DNA from: a virus
Strand: one strand, 5' to 3'
IMG/VR virus record: IMGVR_UViG_3300032315_001572
Coordinates: 25,549 to 89,548 of that record
DNA length: 64,000 nucleotides
The notes under the pieces were generated by a model. The model was given only the letters and a program-made list of their open reading frames with translations. It was not told the DNA's origin and ran no database searches. Positions 1 through 9,493 of this stretch are shown one piece after another; positions within the stretch are counted from its first letter, which is position 1; every line of letters starts with the position of its first letter. Position numbers and translations under genes: made by a program.

Positions 1-276
1 GAAGAATCCGCTAGATCAAACTTTGCAATAGATAGCGTTAAGAATAAATGGATGTGTCAAGTTGGTGGATGGAAATGCCCATATAAAGATCCATATAAAT
101 ATTATGTTAAAGTAAATGATAAAGGCGAAGTAGTAGAAACTAGTCTAGAAGATAATTTTAAAGATATTAAAGGATTTAAAGTAGAAACTCGAACATATGA
201 AGGATGCCCTAAATTTCAAACTAGTTCTGCAAAAAATGAGTTTTTTGATGACTCAAAAGACGAATTTTTAGATTGA
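1..276 (+). CDS. 3' end of a gene truncated by the window; possibly the Cys-containing C-terminus of an AddB/Cas4-like PD-(D/E)xK exonuclease
   Basis: Frame is open from base 1 (EESARSNFAIDSVKNKWMCQVGGWKCPY...C); Cys cluster, acidic tail and replication-module context. Confidence 0.4.
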   Translation, partial: EESARSNFAIDSVKNKWMCQVGGWKCPYKDPYKYYVKVNDKGEVVETSLEDNFKDIKGFKVETRTYEGCPKFQTSSAKNEFFDDSKDEFLD

Positions 277-301
277 TATTTTTATAAACTTCTGTTATAT
301 T
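273..301 (+). promoter_or_regulatory. sigma70-like promoter TTGATA-N17-TATATT with extended TG, 7 nt before ATG 309
   Basis: Read directly from sequence; no SD before the ATG. Confidence 0.55.
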
Positions 302-308
302 GGTAAAA

Positions 309-1055
309 ATGATACCTTTATTTAAATCTCATTATTCTTTAGGAAGATCTATTCTTACCCTAGAGGATAAGTCTGAAAGAGATGAGTATCCAGACTCTAT
401 TATTCAAATAGCTAAACAAAATAAATTAAAAGAGATATTCCTAGTAGAGGATAACATGTCTTCATTTCTTGAAGCTTATACAAATTGCAAAAATAATAAT
501 ATTAAATTGAATTATGGATTAAGAATTTCAGTTACAGAGTCGATGGTTGATAAAACTGAAGAATCAAGAGTTAAAAACTCAAAACTTATACTTTTCTTTA
601 AAAATAAAAAAGGCTATGAATCTTTAACTAAGCTATTTAGTATTGGCGCAAAAGATGGTTTTTATTATGAACCTAGATTAGATTATGCAACAATAAAGAA
701 TAACTGGTCAGACGATCTAATCATGGGTATTCCATTCTACGATTCTTTTATATTTAATAATACTCTAAAAAATAGCATATGTGTTCCTCAAATAGACTTT
801 ACCAAACCAGTAGCATTTATTGAACAGAACGAACTACCTTTTGATTTTCTTATTAAAGATAAAATGCTATCATTTGCAGAAAAGAATAAACTAGAAGTTT
901 TTAATGCAAAAAGCATTTATTATACTGATAGAAAAGACTTTAAAACATATTTGACCTTTAGATGTATCAATAAAAGGACTGTTCTGAATAAACCAGACCT
1001 TGAGCATATGAGTAGTAATGAATTTTGTTTTGAAAGTTGGAAAAATAAAAAATGA
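309..1055 (+). CDS. Stand-alone PHP domain of DNA polymerase III alpha, with degenerate metal ligands
   Basis: MIPLFKSHYSLGRSIL, YGLRI, KNKKGYESLTKL and GFYYEPRLD match the DnaE N-terminal PHP pattern; ATG 309 preferred over TTG 300. Confidence 0.8.
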   Translation: MIPLFKSHYSLGRSILTLEDKSERDEYPDSIIQIAKQNKLKEIFLVEDNMSSFLEAYTNCKNNNIKLNYGLRISVTESMVDKTEESRVKNSKLILFFKNKKGYESLTKLFSIGAKDGFYYEPRLDYATIKNNWSDDLIMGIPFYDSFIFNNTLKNSICVPQIDFTKPVAFIEQNELPFDFLIKDKMLSFAEKNKLEVFNAKSIYYTDRKDFKTYLTFRCINKRTVLNKPDLEHMSSNEFCFESWKNKK

Positions 1056-1549
1056 AGACATTAGAAATACCAAAAAAGATTAATGCTCATGGTTCTAAAT
1101 GCCGTCAAATTGAAGGCAACGAAGAAAGAACCAGAGATTACAAAGATATGCTTTATTTATACGAAAAACTTTGGGCACAAGATGCAGATTTAATAAATTT
1201 TCATTACTTAGGATCTCAAAGAGTTCTTGATTCAATTTTGGAATTAACAAGAATAGATAGCGAAAATATGCCTAAAGATTTATACTTCGATAAAATATTA
1301 CATAGATTCAAAGAAAGAGATTCTCAAAGAGCAAATATTGTAGATATAGGAAATAGACTCAATACTACAGTTTACATAGTTGCTTTTTTAAAGAACTTGC
1401 AGAGATATAAAATATATAACCTTACGAAAGATGATGGAGTTTGGATAGAAATGAATCAAGCAGAACATATAGAATGGCATCATCAAATGAGAGGCTATAG
1501 TTTTGATGAATTTTTAGATTTTAAACCCTACTATCCAAAGTATATTTAA
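1052..1549 (+). CDS. Hypothetical protein, possible PD-(D/E)xK-fold nuclease
   Basis: ATGA overlap with the PHP gene; QDADLI...ILELT resembles a D-x-D...E-x-K core. Confidence 0.4.
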   Translation: MKTLEIPKKINAHGSKCRQIEGNEERTRDYKDMLYLYEKLWAQDADLINFHYLGSQRVLDSILELTRIDSENMPKDLYFDKILHRFKERDSQRANIVDIGNRLNTTVYIVAFLKNLQRYKIYNLTKDDGVWIEMNQAEHIEWHHQMRGYSFDEFLDFKPYYPKYI

Positions 1550-1550
1550 T

Positions 1551-2189
1551 ATGGACGAACATCTTCTAAGATATAATAAAAATAAAACTTTGGTATTCAT
1601 AGATTGTGAGACATTTAATCTTTGTCTTAATTTCTGCCATAATATTCCATGGCAAATAGCTATGTTAAAAATCCAAGGCGATAAAAAGATAGATCAAAAG
1701 AATTTCTATTTAAAATGGCAGACAGATTTAAAGATCAGCCAAGATGCAGCTAGAATAACAAGATATGATCATAAGAAAGTTCAAAAAGAGGGACACGATC
1801 CAAAAGAAATATTTCCAACGATTAAAGATTGGCTAGATAATGCAGATTATATTATTGGCCATAATACCCTTGGATTTGACATTTATCTTATAAAAGAGTA
1901 TTATAAATACATGGGTTGTAATTGGGATCATCTTGTAAGTAAATTTATTGATACAAACGCAATAGCAAGAGGTATAAAATACGAAATGCCTTACAATTCA
2001 AAAGATAACTTAACTGAATATCAATATAAAATTCTTCATACTAGAAAAAAGAATGTAAAAAGCTCCTTGACTTTCCTAGGGAAAGAAAATGGAATAGAGC
2101 ATGATTACGAAAAACTTCATGATGCCATTAATGATCTTGACTTGAATTTAAAAGTATGGAATAAATTGAAATGGCAATTAGAGGTATAA
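1551..2189 (+). CDS. DEDDh 3'-5' exonuclease (DnaQ/epsilon-like)
   Basis: ExoI FIDCET, ExoII GHNTLGFD and ExoIII LHDAIND motifs. Confidence 0.9.
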   Translation: MDEHLLRYNKNKTLVFIDCETFNLCLNFCHNIPWQIAMLKIQGDKKIDQKNFYLKWQTDLKISQDAARITRYDHKKVQKEGHDPKEIFPTIKDWLDNADYIIGHNTLGFDIYLIKEYYKYMGCNWDHLVSKFIDTNAIARGIKYEMPYNSKDNLTEYQYKILHTRKKNVKSSLTFLGKENGIEHDYEKLHDAINDLDLNLKVWNKLKWQLEV

Positions 2190-2190
2190 C

Positions 2191-2409
2191 ATGGCATCAC
2201 TAGACGATATTTATGATATAATCCAAAAACTAGAAGATGGTGAAATAGAGTATTTACTTATTACTGTTCAAAAAGGTAAAAAGCAAGGCAAAGCAGATGT
2301 ATTCTTTAGTTTAAAAGACAAAGCTTCCATGAAAATACTAGCAACTGGATTAGATGCTTTTAATAAAGAAATAGATAATATCGAGAAGCAAGATGAAGAC
2401 GATGAATAA
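2191..2409 (+). CDS. Small acidic hypothetical protein
   Basis: 72-aa ORF tightly packed in the operon. Confidence 0.6.
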   Translation: MASLDDIYDIIQKLEDGEIEYLLITVQKGKKQGKADVFFSLKDKASMKILATGLDAFNKEIDNIEKQDEDDE

Positions 2410-4984
2410 TATTCTAAAAGACGAAGTTTTATATAGTAAATTTACTACTACTGATCTTGGGTTGCATGGAGTCAGACTTCCAGAATTTAATATTGATGCG
2501 TCCTTAAAAAGACATCTTAATATTAGCGAAGATGTTTCTAATTATGATTTTCTTAGAGCATTAGCTTTGAATGGTTTTAAGGACTTAAAAATAGAAAAAG
2601 ACAATAAAGATTATAAAAAATATATTGACCGAGCAAAACATGAACTAGAAACATTAAAAGAATTAGGATTTACAGATTATATTTTACTAGTATGGGATGT
2701 TATTAATTTTTGTAAGACAAGTAGCATACCAGTTGGATTAGGTAGGGGTTCAGCAGCGGGTTCACTTATTCTTTATCTAATCGGCGTAACTAGAATTGAT
2801 CCAGTTAAATATGACCTTTATTTTGAAAGATTTATATCAAAGATTCGAGCTAAAAAGCAGGTTATTGATGGAATAATGTATCTTGATGGTAGTTTGATGT
2901 GTGACGTTGATTTGGATATTTGCTATTATAATCGCCAAAAAGTATTACAATATTTGGAATCTAAATTTAAAGGTAAAACTAGCAAAATCTTAACTCTCAA
3001 CACTTTGAGTGGAAAACTTTTAATCAAGGAATGTGGTAAAATCGTTGGAGAAAAGACAGAAGAAGAAATGACCAATATTTCTTCATTGATTCCAAAAGTT
3101 TATGGTCAAGTTAAAGATATTAATACTGCATATGAAGAAGTAGAAAAATTTAAAGATTGGTGTGATGAAAATAAAGAAACATTTCAAATTGCCTTAAAAC
3201 TAAGAGATCTTATTAAAAATAAGGGAGTTCACCCATCTGGAGTTCTTCTTTCTTATTATGATTTAGAAACAGTATGTCCAACAGAATTTTCTTCTGATAA
3301 AGAACCAGTTTCAAGTTTTGATATGAATTGGGTTAGTTTATTTAACATTAAACTTGATATCTTGGGCTTAAGAAGCGTGTCAGTTGTAGATGATGTTTGT
3401 AAAAACATTGGTATTAAAGTAGAAGACATTGATCTAAATCATGAATCTATTTATAGAAATCTACAAGATCTAAAATCTCCTCATGGGCTTTTTCAAATCG
3501 AAGCAGAAACTAATTTTAGAGTTTGCCAAAAAGTAAAACCGAAGAATCTTGAAGAACTCAGTGGAGTTTTAGCTTTAGCAAGACCTGGAGCATTACAATT
3601 TGTTGATAAATATGCTGCTCATACAAATTATCAACAATCAGAAAGTATTCATCCGTTTTTTGATGATATTCTAAAGCAAACTGGCGGAGTAGCTTTATAT
3701 CAAGAGCAATTAATGAAGATGGCTAATAAGATTGGATTTACTTTGGACGAAGCAGAAATCTTAAGAAGAATCGTTGGTAAAAAGAAAACAGAGGAAATTA
3801 AAGCTTGGAAAAAGAAGATTGAATCAAAGATTAAAGAAAATAAAATACCCAAAGAAGTAGGAGAGATCCTGTGGAAGATTCTTGAAGATTCAGCAAATTA
3901 TTCATTTAATAAAAGTCACTCGTTGGCTTACGCAGCTTTAGCAGCAGTTACAATTTATTTGAAATTCAATCATCCTCAACAATTCTTTTTATCTTTATTG
4001 AAAATGAGCAGAAACGAACCAGATCCAATTGGTGAAATTTCTAAGATTCAAAAAGAAATGCATGAATTCGAGATTAAATTACTTCCTCCACACATTATCA
4101 AATCAGAAATGGATTTCTCAATAGAAGATAAAGATATTAGATTTGGCTTATTATCTATCAAGGGAATTAGTGATAAGTCTATCGAAAAACTAAACAGCTT
4201 CAGAAATAAGTATTCTAATAAGTTTGAAATTTTCCAAGCAGCAGAAGAAGCTAATCTTAATATTGGAGTATTATCATCCTTGATTCAGGCTGGAGCATTG
4301 AGTGGTTTTAATCAATCTAGAAGTAAAATTGTACTAGAAGCCCAATTATGGAATATTTTAACAGCTAAAGAGAAAAAGTATTCAATTTCATTCGCAGATA
4401 AGTTTGATTATGATTTGATTAAAATTATTAAGCATCTCAATAAATTTACTGACGAAAAGAATCATTTGGTTATTAAAGATAATAGATTAAATACTATTAA
4501 AGCAAAATATGCGCCATATCTTGAAATCTATAATCAGAATAGTAAAAGTGAAAGTTTTGCGAATTGGTATTATGAAAAAAAACTTTTGGGATATACATAC
4601 AATAAAAATTTAAGAGATATTTTTGCAGAGAAAAGAGAAAACCTTAAATATGTTAGCGATATTATAGACGAACCAGTTAATAGTAAAGTGGCATTTGTTG
4701 GCCAAATAGAAGAAGTATATACTGGCGTATCTAAAAATGAAAAGAAAACTAGATATGTAAGACTAAAAATATCAGACGAAACCAGCTCAATAAGCACATT
4801 AATATTTAATGATAATATTGAGAATAATAAATTATTAAATAATAAAGCTTTTGAAGAGGGTAATATCGTTATAGCAAAAGGCTCTAAAAGAGATGATTGT
4901 ATATTTGGAGACTTAATAGCTATTCAAGATCATCAAATTTATATGAAATTAAATGATTTAAAAAAGACAGATAAAAATAATTGA
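2393..4984 (+). CDS. dnaE: DNA polymerase III alpha subunit (family C) lacking the PHP domain
   Basis: GRGSAAGSL, FERF, DVDLD, HPSGV, KLDILGL, YQEQLM, YSFNKSH, RFGL.SIKGI and a C-terminal OB-like region. Confidence 0.95.
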   Translation: MKTMNNILKDEVLYSKFTTTDLGLHGVRLPEFNIDASLKRHLNISEDVSNYDFLRALALNGFKDLKIEKDNKDYKKYIDRAKHELETLKELGFTDYILLVWDVINFCKTSSIPVGLGRGSAAGSLILYLIGVTRIDPVKYDLYFERFISKIRAKKQVIDGIMYLDGSLMCDVDLDICYYNRQKVLQYLESKFKGKTSKILTLNTLSGKLLIKECGKIVGEKTEEEMTNISSLIPKVYGQVKDINTAYEEVEKFKDWCDENKETFQIALKLRDLIKNKGVHPSGVLLSYYDLETVCPTEFSSDKEPVSSFDMNWVSLFNIKLDILGLRSVSVVDDVCKNIGIKVEDIDLNHESIYRNLQDLKSPHGLFQIEAETNFRVCQKVKPKNLEELSGVLALARPGALQFVDKYAAHTNYQQSESIHPFFDDILKQTGGVALYQEQLMKMANKIGFTLDEAEILRRIVGKKKTEEIKAWKKKIESKIKENKIPKEVGEILWKILEDSANYSFNKSHSLAYAALAAVTIYLKFNHPQQFFLSLLKMSRNEPDPIGEISKIQKEMHEFEIKLLPPHIIKSEMDFSIEDKDIRFGLLSIKGISDKSIEKLNSFRNKYSNKFEIFQAAEEANLNIGVLSSLIQAGALSGFNQSRSKIVLEAQLWNILTAKEKKYSISFADKFDYDLIKIIKHLNKFTDEKNHLVIKDNRLNTIKAKYAPYLEIYNQNSKSESFANWYYEKKLLGYTYNKNLRDIFAEKRENLKYVSDIIDEPVNSKVAFVGQIEEVYTGVSKNEKKTRYVRLKISDETSSISTLIFNDNIENNKLLNNKAFEEGNIVIAKGSKRDDCIFGDLIAIQDHQIYMKLNDLKKTDKNN

Positions 4985-5009
4985 CATTTCTAAATATAGA
5001 TAGTAACAT
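4981..5009 (+). promoter_or_regulatory. sigma70-like promoter TTGACA-N17-TAACAT, 8 nt before ATG 5018
   Basis: Perfect -35 box, 17-nt spacer, no SD. Confidence 0.7.
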
Positions 5010-5017
5010 TAAGTAAT

Positions 5018-5560
5018 ATGATATCATTTTATAAACCAAATAGTAAGAATACAGGTACAGCTTGTAGTTTCAGTGTTAATTCAAAAGACAATTCAGTATG
5101 GGGATCATTAATCAAGCAAAGCTCTTGGAACGATGCCAAAAAGATTGGTTCTTTTTCTGAAAATCAAAATAATCCCAATAAAAGTGTTAAGGTTAAATTT
5201 TCATTAACAGAAGCAGCTGGACTTCTTGACTCTCTAGAAAGAAATACAGAATTTTCGGCTTATCATACCTCAGAGAAACAAATTACAAAAATTAAATTAG
5301 CGCCCTATATTAGGGATGAAAAACAAGTTGGATTTTCGTATAGCGTAAATAAAGAAGACAAGCAAAATGTTGAAAACAAACAATCATATTTGATTGGTTT
5401 TTATTTTAACGAAGCAAGATTATTAAAAGAATTTTTGACTTATTCTTTAAATTCTGTTTTTGAAGCTCAACGAATCGAAGCTATAAAGAAAGCAAAAAAT
5501 TCCACAAAAGAAACTAAAGAAGTTGGCGAAGGTAATCAAGAAGATAGCGAACTCTGGTAA
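5018..5560 (+). CDS. Putative ssDNA-binding protein (Whirly/PC4-like)
   Basis: Two beta-rich units each ending in a helix (KVKFSLTEAAGLL; IGFYFNEARLLKEF); acidic aromatic C-terminus EDSELW; follows dnaE. Confidence 0.5.
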   Translation: MISFYKPNSKNTGTACSFSVNSKDNSVWGSLIKQSSWNDAKKIGSFSENQNNPNKSVKVKFSLTEAAGLLDSLERNTEFSAYHTSEKQITKIKLAPYIRDEKQVGFSYSVNKEDKQNVENKQSYLIGFYFNEARLLKEFLTYSLNSVFEAQRIEAIKKAKNSTKETKEVGEGNQEDSELW

Positions 5561-7476
5561 TGGAACGAAAAAAGAAAGTTTTAATACAAACAGACTTCTC
5601 TCTAGCCAAAACTGGCTTTGGAAGAAACGCTAAAACTTTACTTAAACATTTATATTTCACAAATAAATATGATCTAGTTCATTATTCGTGTGGAATGACT
5701 TATGATCATCCAGAATTTAAGAAAACTCCTTGGAAAACCGTAGGCTCTTTGCCTAATACTCAACAAGAACTCGATCAATTAAATAGAGATCCTAATTTAG
5801 CTAGAATGGCAAGCTATGGAGCACATCTTTTAGATAAAGTTATTAATGATGAAAAACCAGATATTTATATTGGTGTTCAAGATATTTGGGGGGTTGATTT
5901 TGCTATAGAAAAGCCTTGGTTTAATAAAATCGCATCAGTAATTTGGACCACTTTAGATTCACTTCCTATTCTTCAATCCGCTGTAACTAATGCTCCAAAG
6001 ATTAAAAACTACTGGATTTGGAGTAATTTCGCTACAAAAGCTTTACATAAACTTGGATATAGTCATGTTAAGACTATGCATGGCTCACTAGAAGATCAAG
6101 AATTTTATCGTTTATCGGATTTTGATAGAAATCAACTTAGAAAAAAACATAATATTCCACAAGATGCATTTGTAATTGGATTTGTTTTTAGAAATCAATT
6201 AAGAAAAAGTGTTCCAAATTTATTACAAGGTTACGCTTTATGGAAAAAGAATAATCCAGAAATTAAAAATACATATCTTCTTTTACATACTCATTGGGGA
6301 GAAGGATGGAATATTCATAAACTTGCTTCAGAATTTGGAGTAAATCATAACGAAATATTAACAACTCATATTTGTAGAAATTGTGGAGAATATGAAATTA
6401 AACCATTTTCTGGATTAGATACAGACTGTAGATTTTGTAAAGCACAAAAAAGTCAAACCACAACAAATGTATCAGTAGGAGTCACAGAGCAACAATTAAA
6501 TGAAGTGTATAATTTTATGGATGTTTATTGCCATCCATTTACAAGCGGTGGACAAGAAATACCAATTCAAGAAGCTAAATTAACTGAACTTATTACTCTT
6601 GTCACAAATTATAGTTGTGGAGAAGAAATGTGTGAGGTAGACGCTAATTCTCTCCCATTAGAATGGAATGAATATAGAGAGCATGGCACAGAATTTATCA
6701 AAGCTTCTACTTATCCAGAATCAATAGCTAAACAATTAAGTATTGTATATAAAATGCCACAACATAAAAGACTTGAAATGGGTAAAAAAGCTAGAGAATG
6801 GACTATTAAAAATTTCGGTATTCAAAACGTAGGAAAATCTATAGAAGAATTTATAGATAAACAGCCATTAGCTGATTGGACCAAAGTACTAGAGAACTCT
6901 CAGGACAAGAAAGACCCATATTTTCAAATGCCGAATATTTTAGATGATGGCGATTGGATATTATCAATGTATCATAATATTCTGAAAATGAAGAATATTG
7001 ACAAAAATGATTCTGGCTATCAATACTGGATGGGTGAATTGGCCAAAGGCGCAAAAAGACAAGATCTAGAAAATTATTTCAGAAATGTAGCTTTAAAAGA
7101 AAGCGGAGAAGACAAACAAGTAAAATTCGAAGATCATTTAGATAAAAATGATAAAGGCAGAGTAATTTATGTTATGCCAGAAAGCGCTGGAGACATCTTC
7201 CTTAGTACGTCTTTATTTAAATCTATTAAGAATAGATATCCAGATTATAGTTTATATGTTGCTACAAAACCACAATACAAAGAGATTCTAGAAGGCAACC
7301 CATATGTTCATAAATGGATTGAATATAATCCAATCATGGATAACCTAATTTGGTTAGAAGGCAATAATCAACATGATGGATACTTTGATATTGCTTATTT
7401 GCCATATACTTGCACTCAAAGAAATTTAAATTATCTTCACAATGGTTTAGATAAAGTAGAATTTCAATTAACTTGA
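5560..7476 (+). CDS. Multidomain glycosyltransferase: GT4 with a CxxC-CxxC insert, a DUF4214-like domain and the N-terminal half of GT9
   Basis: TGFGR, RNQLRK and YNFMDVYCHPFTSGGQEIPIQEA (GT4); CRNC...CRFC; WILSMYHNIL...GYQYW; SAGDIFLSTSLFKSIKNRYPD...ILEGNPYV (GT9 N-half). Confidence 0.85.
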   Translation: MERKKKVLIQTDFSLAKTGFGRNAKTLLKHLYFTNKYDLVHYSCGMTYDHPEFKKTPWKTVGSLPNTQQELDQLNRDPNLARMASYGAHLLDKVINDEKPDIYIGVQDIWGVDFAIEKPWFNKIASVIWTTLDSLPILQSAVTNAPKIKNYWIWSNFATKALHKLGYSHVKTMHGSLEDQEFYRLSDFDRNQLRKKHNIPQDAFVIGFVFRNQLRKSVPNLLQGYALWKKNNPEIKNTYLLLHTHWGEGWNIHKLASEFGVNHNEILTTHICRNCGEYEIKPFSGLDTDCRFCKAQKSQTTTNVSVGVTEQQLNEVYNFMDVYCHPFTSGGQEIPIQEAKLTELITLVTNYSCGEEMCEVDANSLPLEWNEYREHGTEFIKASTYPESIAKQLSIVYKMPQHKRLEMGKKAREWTIKNFGIQNVGKSIEEFIDKQPLADWTKVLENSQDKKDPYFQMPNILDDGDWILSMYHNILKMKNIDKNDSGYQYWMGELAKGAKRQDLENYFRNVALKESGEDKQVKFEDHLDKNDKGRVIYVMPESAGDIFLSTSLFKSIKNRYPDYSLYVATKPQYKEILEGNPYVHKWIEYNPIMDNLIWLEGNNQHDGYFDIAYLPYTCTQRNLNYLHNGLDKVEFQLT

Positions 7477-7490
7477 TATATCATAAATAA

Positions 7491-8642
7491 ATGAGACTCT
7501 TGGACACATACGCAACAAATACAGGATCAAAAATAGATAAACCATTTATATATACAAAATATTTTCCACTTCCTCAACAAGAATATATAACAATTCAAAG
7601 CCAAACTCCTTATGATTCTAGAAATTATTCATATTGGCAAGAAGTTATTAATTTACTACAACCGTTTTTATCAAAAGCTAATATTTGCATAGTCCAAGTA
7701 GGAACAAAAGATGAAAAACAATTAGGTGGAGTAATTAATTTATTGGGGCAAACCAATATAAATCAATTAGCTTATATTGTTCAAAATTCTAAATTACATT
7801 TTGGTGCGGATAGTTTTTGTGTACATTTAGCTTCAAGCTTCGATCTTCCTATTGTTTCATTATATAGCATTAGTAATCCTAGTGTCGCGGGCCCACATTT
7901 TGGAAATAAAGATAAGCATATTCTACTAAAAGGATATGAAAGAATTGGAAATAAAAAACCATCGTATTCACAAGTAGAAACCCCTAAATCTATTGATGCT
8001 ATTAAACCAGAAGAAATTGCAGAAGGCATATTAAAATTATTAAATATTGAATTTCCTAAAATGCCAGAAACAGTATTTATTGGTCAAGATTTTAATGTTA
8101 AAAGTTTTGAAATTATACCAGATCAACCCATGGATCTTAGCTCGATACCAGTTGAAAATCCAATTATCAGATTAGATTATTCTTTTAATGAAGAAGCTCT
8201 AGAGTCAATCTTATCTCAAAGAAAAAGCATAGTTTTCACTAATAAACCTATTAAAAAAGATACAATTGAAAAATACAAGCAAAATATCAATCAATTAATC
8301 TATATTATTGAAGAAGATAATAGCGTAAATTTTGTTAAATTATTAAAGAGCAATTCTATTAATTATGTTCTATTATCATTCCTACCAGAAGAAGTTTTAA
8401 ATAAATTTAAAATTGATTATATGGATTATAATTTAATCGTTAATAGAAAGCATAAGACAAAAGAAGAGACAAAGATATCAAATATTGATAATTTTTATTA
8501 TAATTCCTCAAGAACATTATATTCTTCTAAAGGTAAAAGTGTGTCTAAATATGACTGGTTAAATGGAACTGGTAATAAAGTAGTAGACGATGTTGAATTT
8601 TGGAAAGAAGTAGATAATTTTTATATTTTTAAGTTGACTTGA
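7491..8642 (+). CDS. C-terminal half of a GT9 (heptosyltransferase-like) glycosyltransferase, plus an unknown domain
   Basis: RNYSYWQEVI, IVQVG, NLLGQTNINQLAYIV and HFGADSFCVHLASSFDLPIVSLY. Confidence 0.8.
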   Translation: MRLLDTYATNTGSKIDKPFIYTKYFPLPQQEYITIQSQTPYDSRNYSYWQEVINLLQPFLSKANICIVQVGTKDEKQLGGVINLLGQTNINQLAYIVQNSKLHFGADSFCVHLASSFDLPIVSLYSISNPSVAGPHFGNKDKHILLKGYERIGNKKPSYSQVETPKSIDAIKPEEIAEGILKLLNIEFPKMPETVFIGQDFNVKSFEIIPDQPMDLSSIPVENPIIRLDYSFNEEALESILSQRKSIVFTNKPIKKDTIEKYKQNINQLIYIIEEDNSVNFVKLLKSNSINYVLLSFLPEEVLNKFKIDYMDYNLIVNRKHKTKEETKISNIDNFYYNSSRTLYSSKGKSVSKYDWLNGTGNKVVDDVEFWKEVDNFYIFKLT

Positions 8643-8662
8643 GATACAATCTATAGTATCAT
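8634..8662 (+). promoter_or_regulatory. sigma70-like promoter TTGACT-N17-TATCAT, 6 nt before ATG 8669 (leaderless)
   Basis: Read directly from sequence. Confidence 0.7.
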
Positions 8663-8668
8663 TACTAA

Positions 8669-9487
8669 ATGAGCCCTAAAATTAAATCAGAAGAAAATAC
8701 AATTTCAATTGGTAGTTCGGAGTTATTTAATGTAACTAATAAAGGATTAGATATTCAAATTGAAAATACCATTACACCAACGCCTCAAGTTACTCCTCCA
8801 AAGCTAGTAACCAGAAATAATTATGGTCTTATTGAAGATCAAACTTTAAATTATGTATTTAATGATGATGGTACAATTAATTGGCGTAAAATGGTTAAAG
8901 TTGAACATCTTGTACCTAATAGACAAAAAACTCAAGAAACGGATGTTTCAAAACTTCAAGATAAAGATCTTCTTATACTTTTAGGTGGAATTAAAGAGTT
9001 AGCTCAAATTAGAGGTTATACTAGTGTTGAGTATAAAGTGGTTGCCGCTTCCGAAAATTATTTTGCAACAAGTTGCAGGATTACTTGGCTACCAAATTAT
9101 GAAACTGATGGAAAAGAAGTGATTTTCGAATCACTTGCTGATGCTACTTTAAATAATACAAAGAGTTTCGCCAAATTCTTTCTAGCTGCAATTGCTGAGA
9201 ATAGAGCGTTTGTTCGTTGTGTACGTAATTTTCTTAAAATTAATATTGTTTCTCAAGAAGAATTAGGAGACGCAAAGCTCCTTGATGATTCTTCACCTGT
9301 AAATGAAAATCCAACCTCTCCTCAGTTATTACTTGAAAAAGTTATGAAAGAAAAAGGAATTAATTTTGAAAACTTAAAAAAGAGACTAATTAAAGATAAA
9401 TTTGATAACGCTGAAAATTTTAATACAGTTACAGATATACCAAAAGTTAAGATCTTTGAATTAATTGATAGAATAAAAAAGATATAA
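8669..9487 (+). CDS. Putative ssDNA-annealing protein (Rad52/Erf/Sak-like)
   Basis: AIAENRAFVRCVRNFLKINIVSQEEL matches the AETRAxxRAxRxxxxIxxxxxEE motif. Confidence 0.6.
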   Translation: MSPKIKSEENTISIGSSELFNVTNKGLDIQIENTITPTPQVTPPKLVTRNNYGLIEDQTLNYVFNDDGTINWRKMVKVEHLVPNRQKTQETDVSKLQDKDLLILLGGIKELAQIRGYTSVEYKVVAASENYFATSCRITWLPNYETDGKEVIFESLADATLNNTKSFAKFFLAAIAENRAFVRCVRNFLKINIVSQEELGDAKLLDDSSPVNENPTSPQLLLEKVMKEKGINFENLKKRLIKDKFDNAENFNTVTDIPKVKIFELIDRIKKI

Positions 9488-9493
9488 TTTCAA

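Noticed and set aside
309-4984. Split intein joining PHP and DnaE
   Set aside because: No intein N-terminal block or terminal HN-C/S/T motif is visible at the ORF ends
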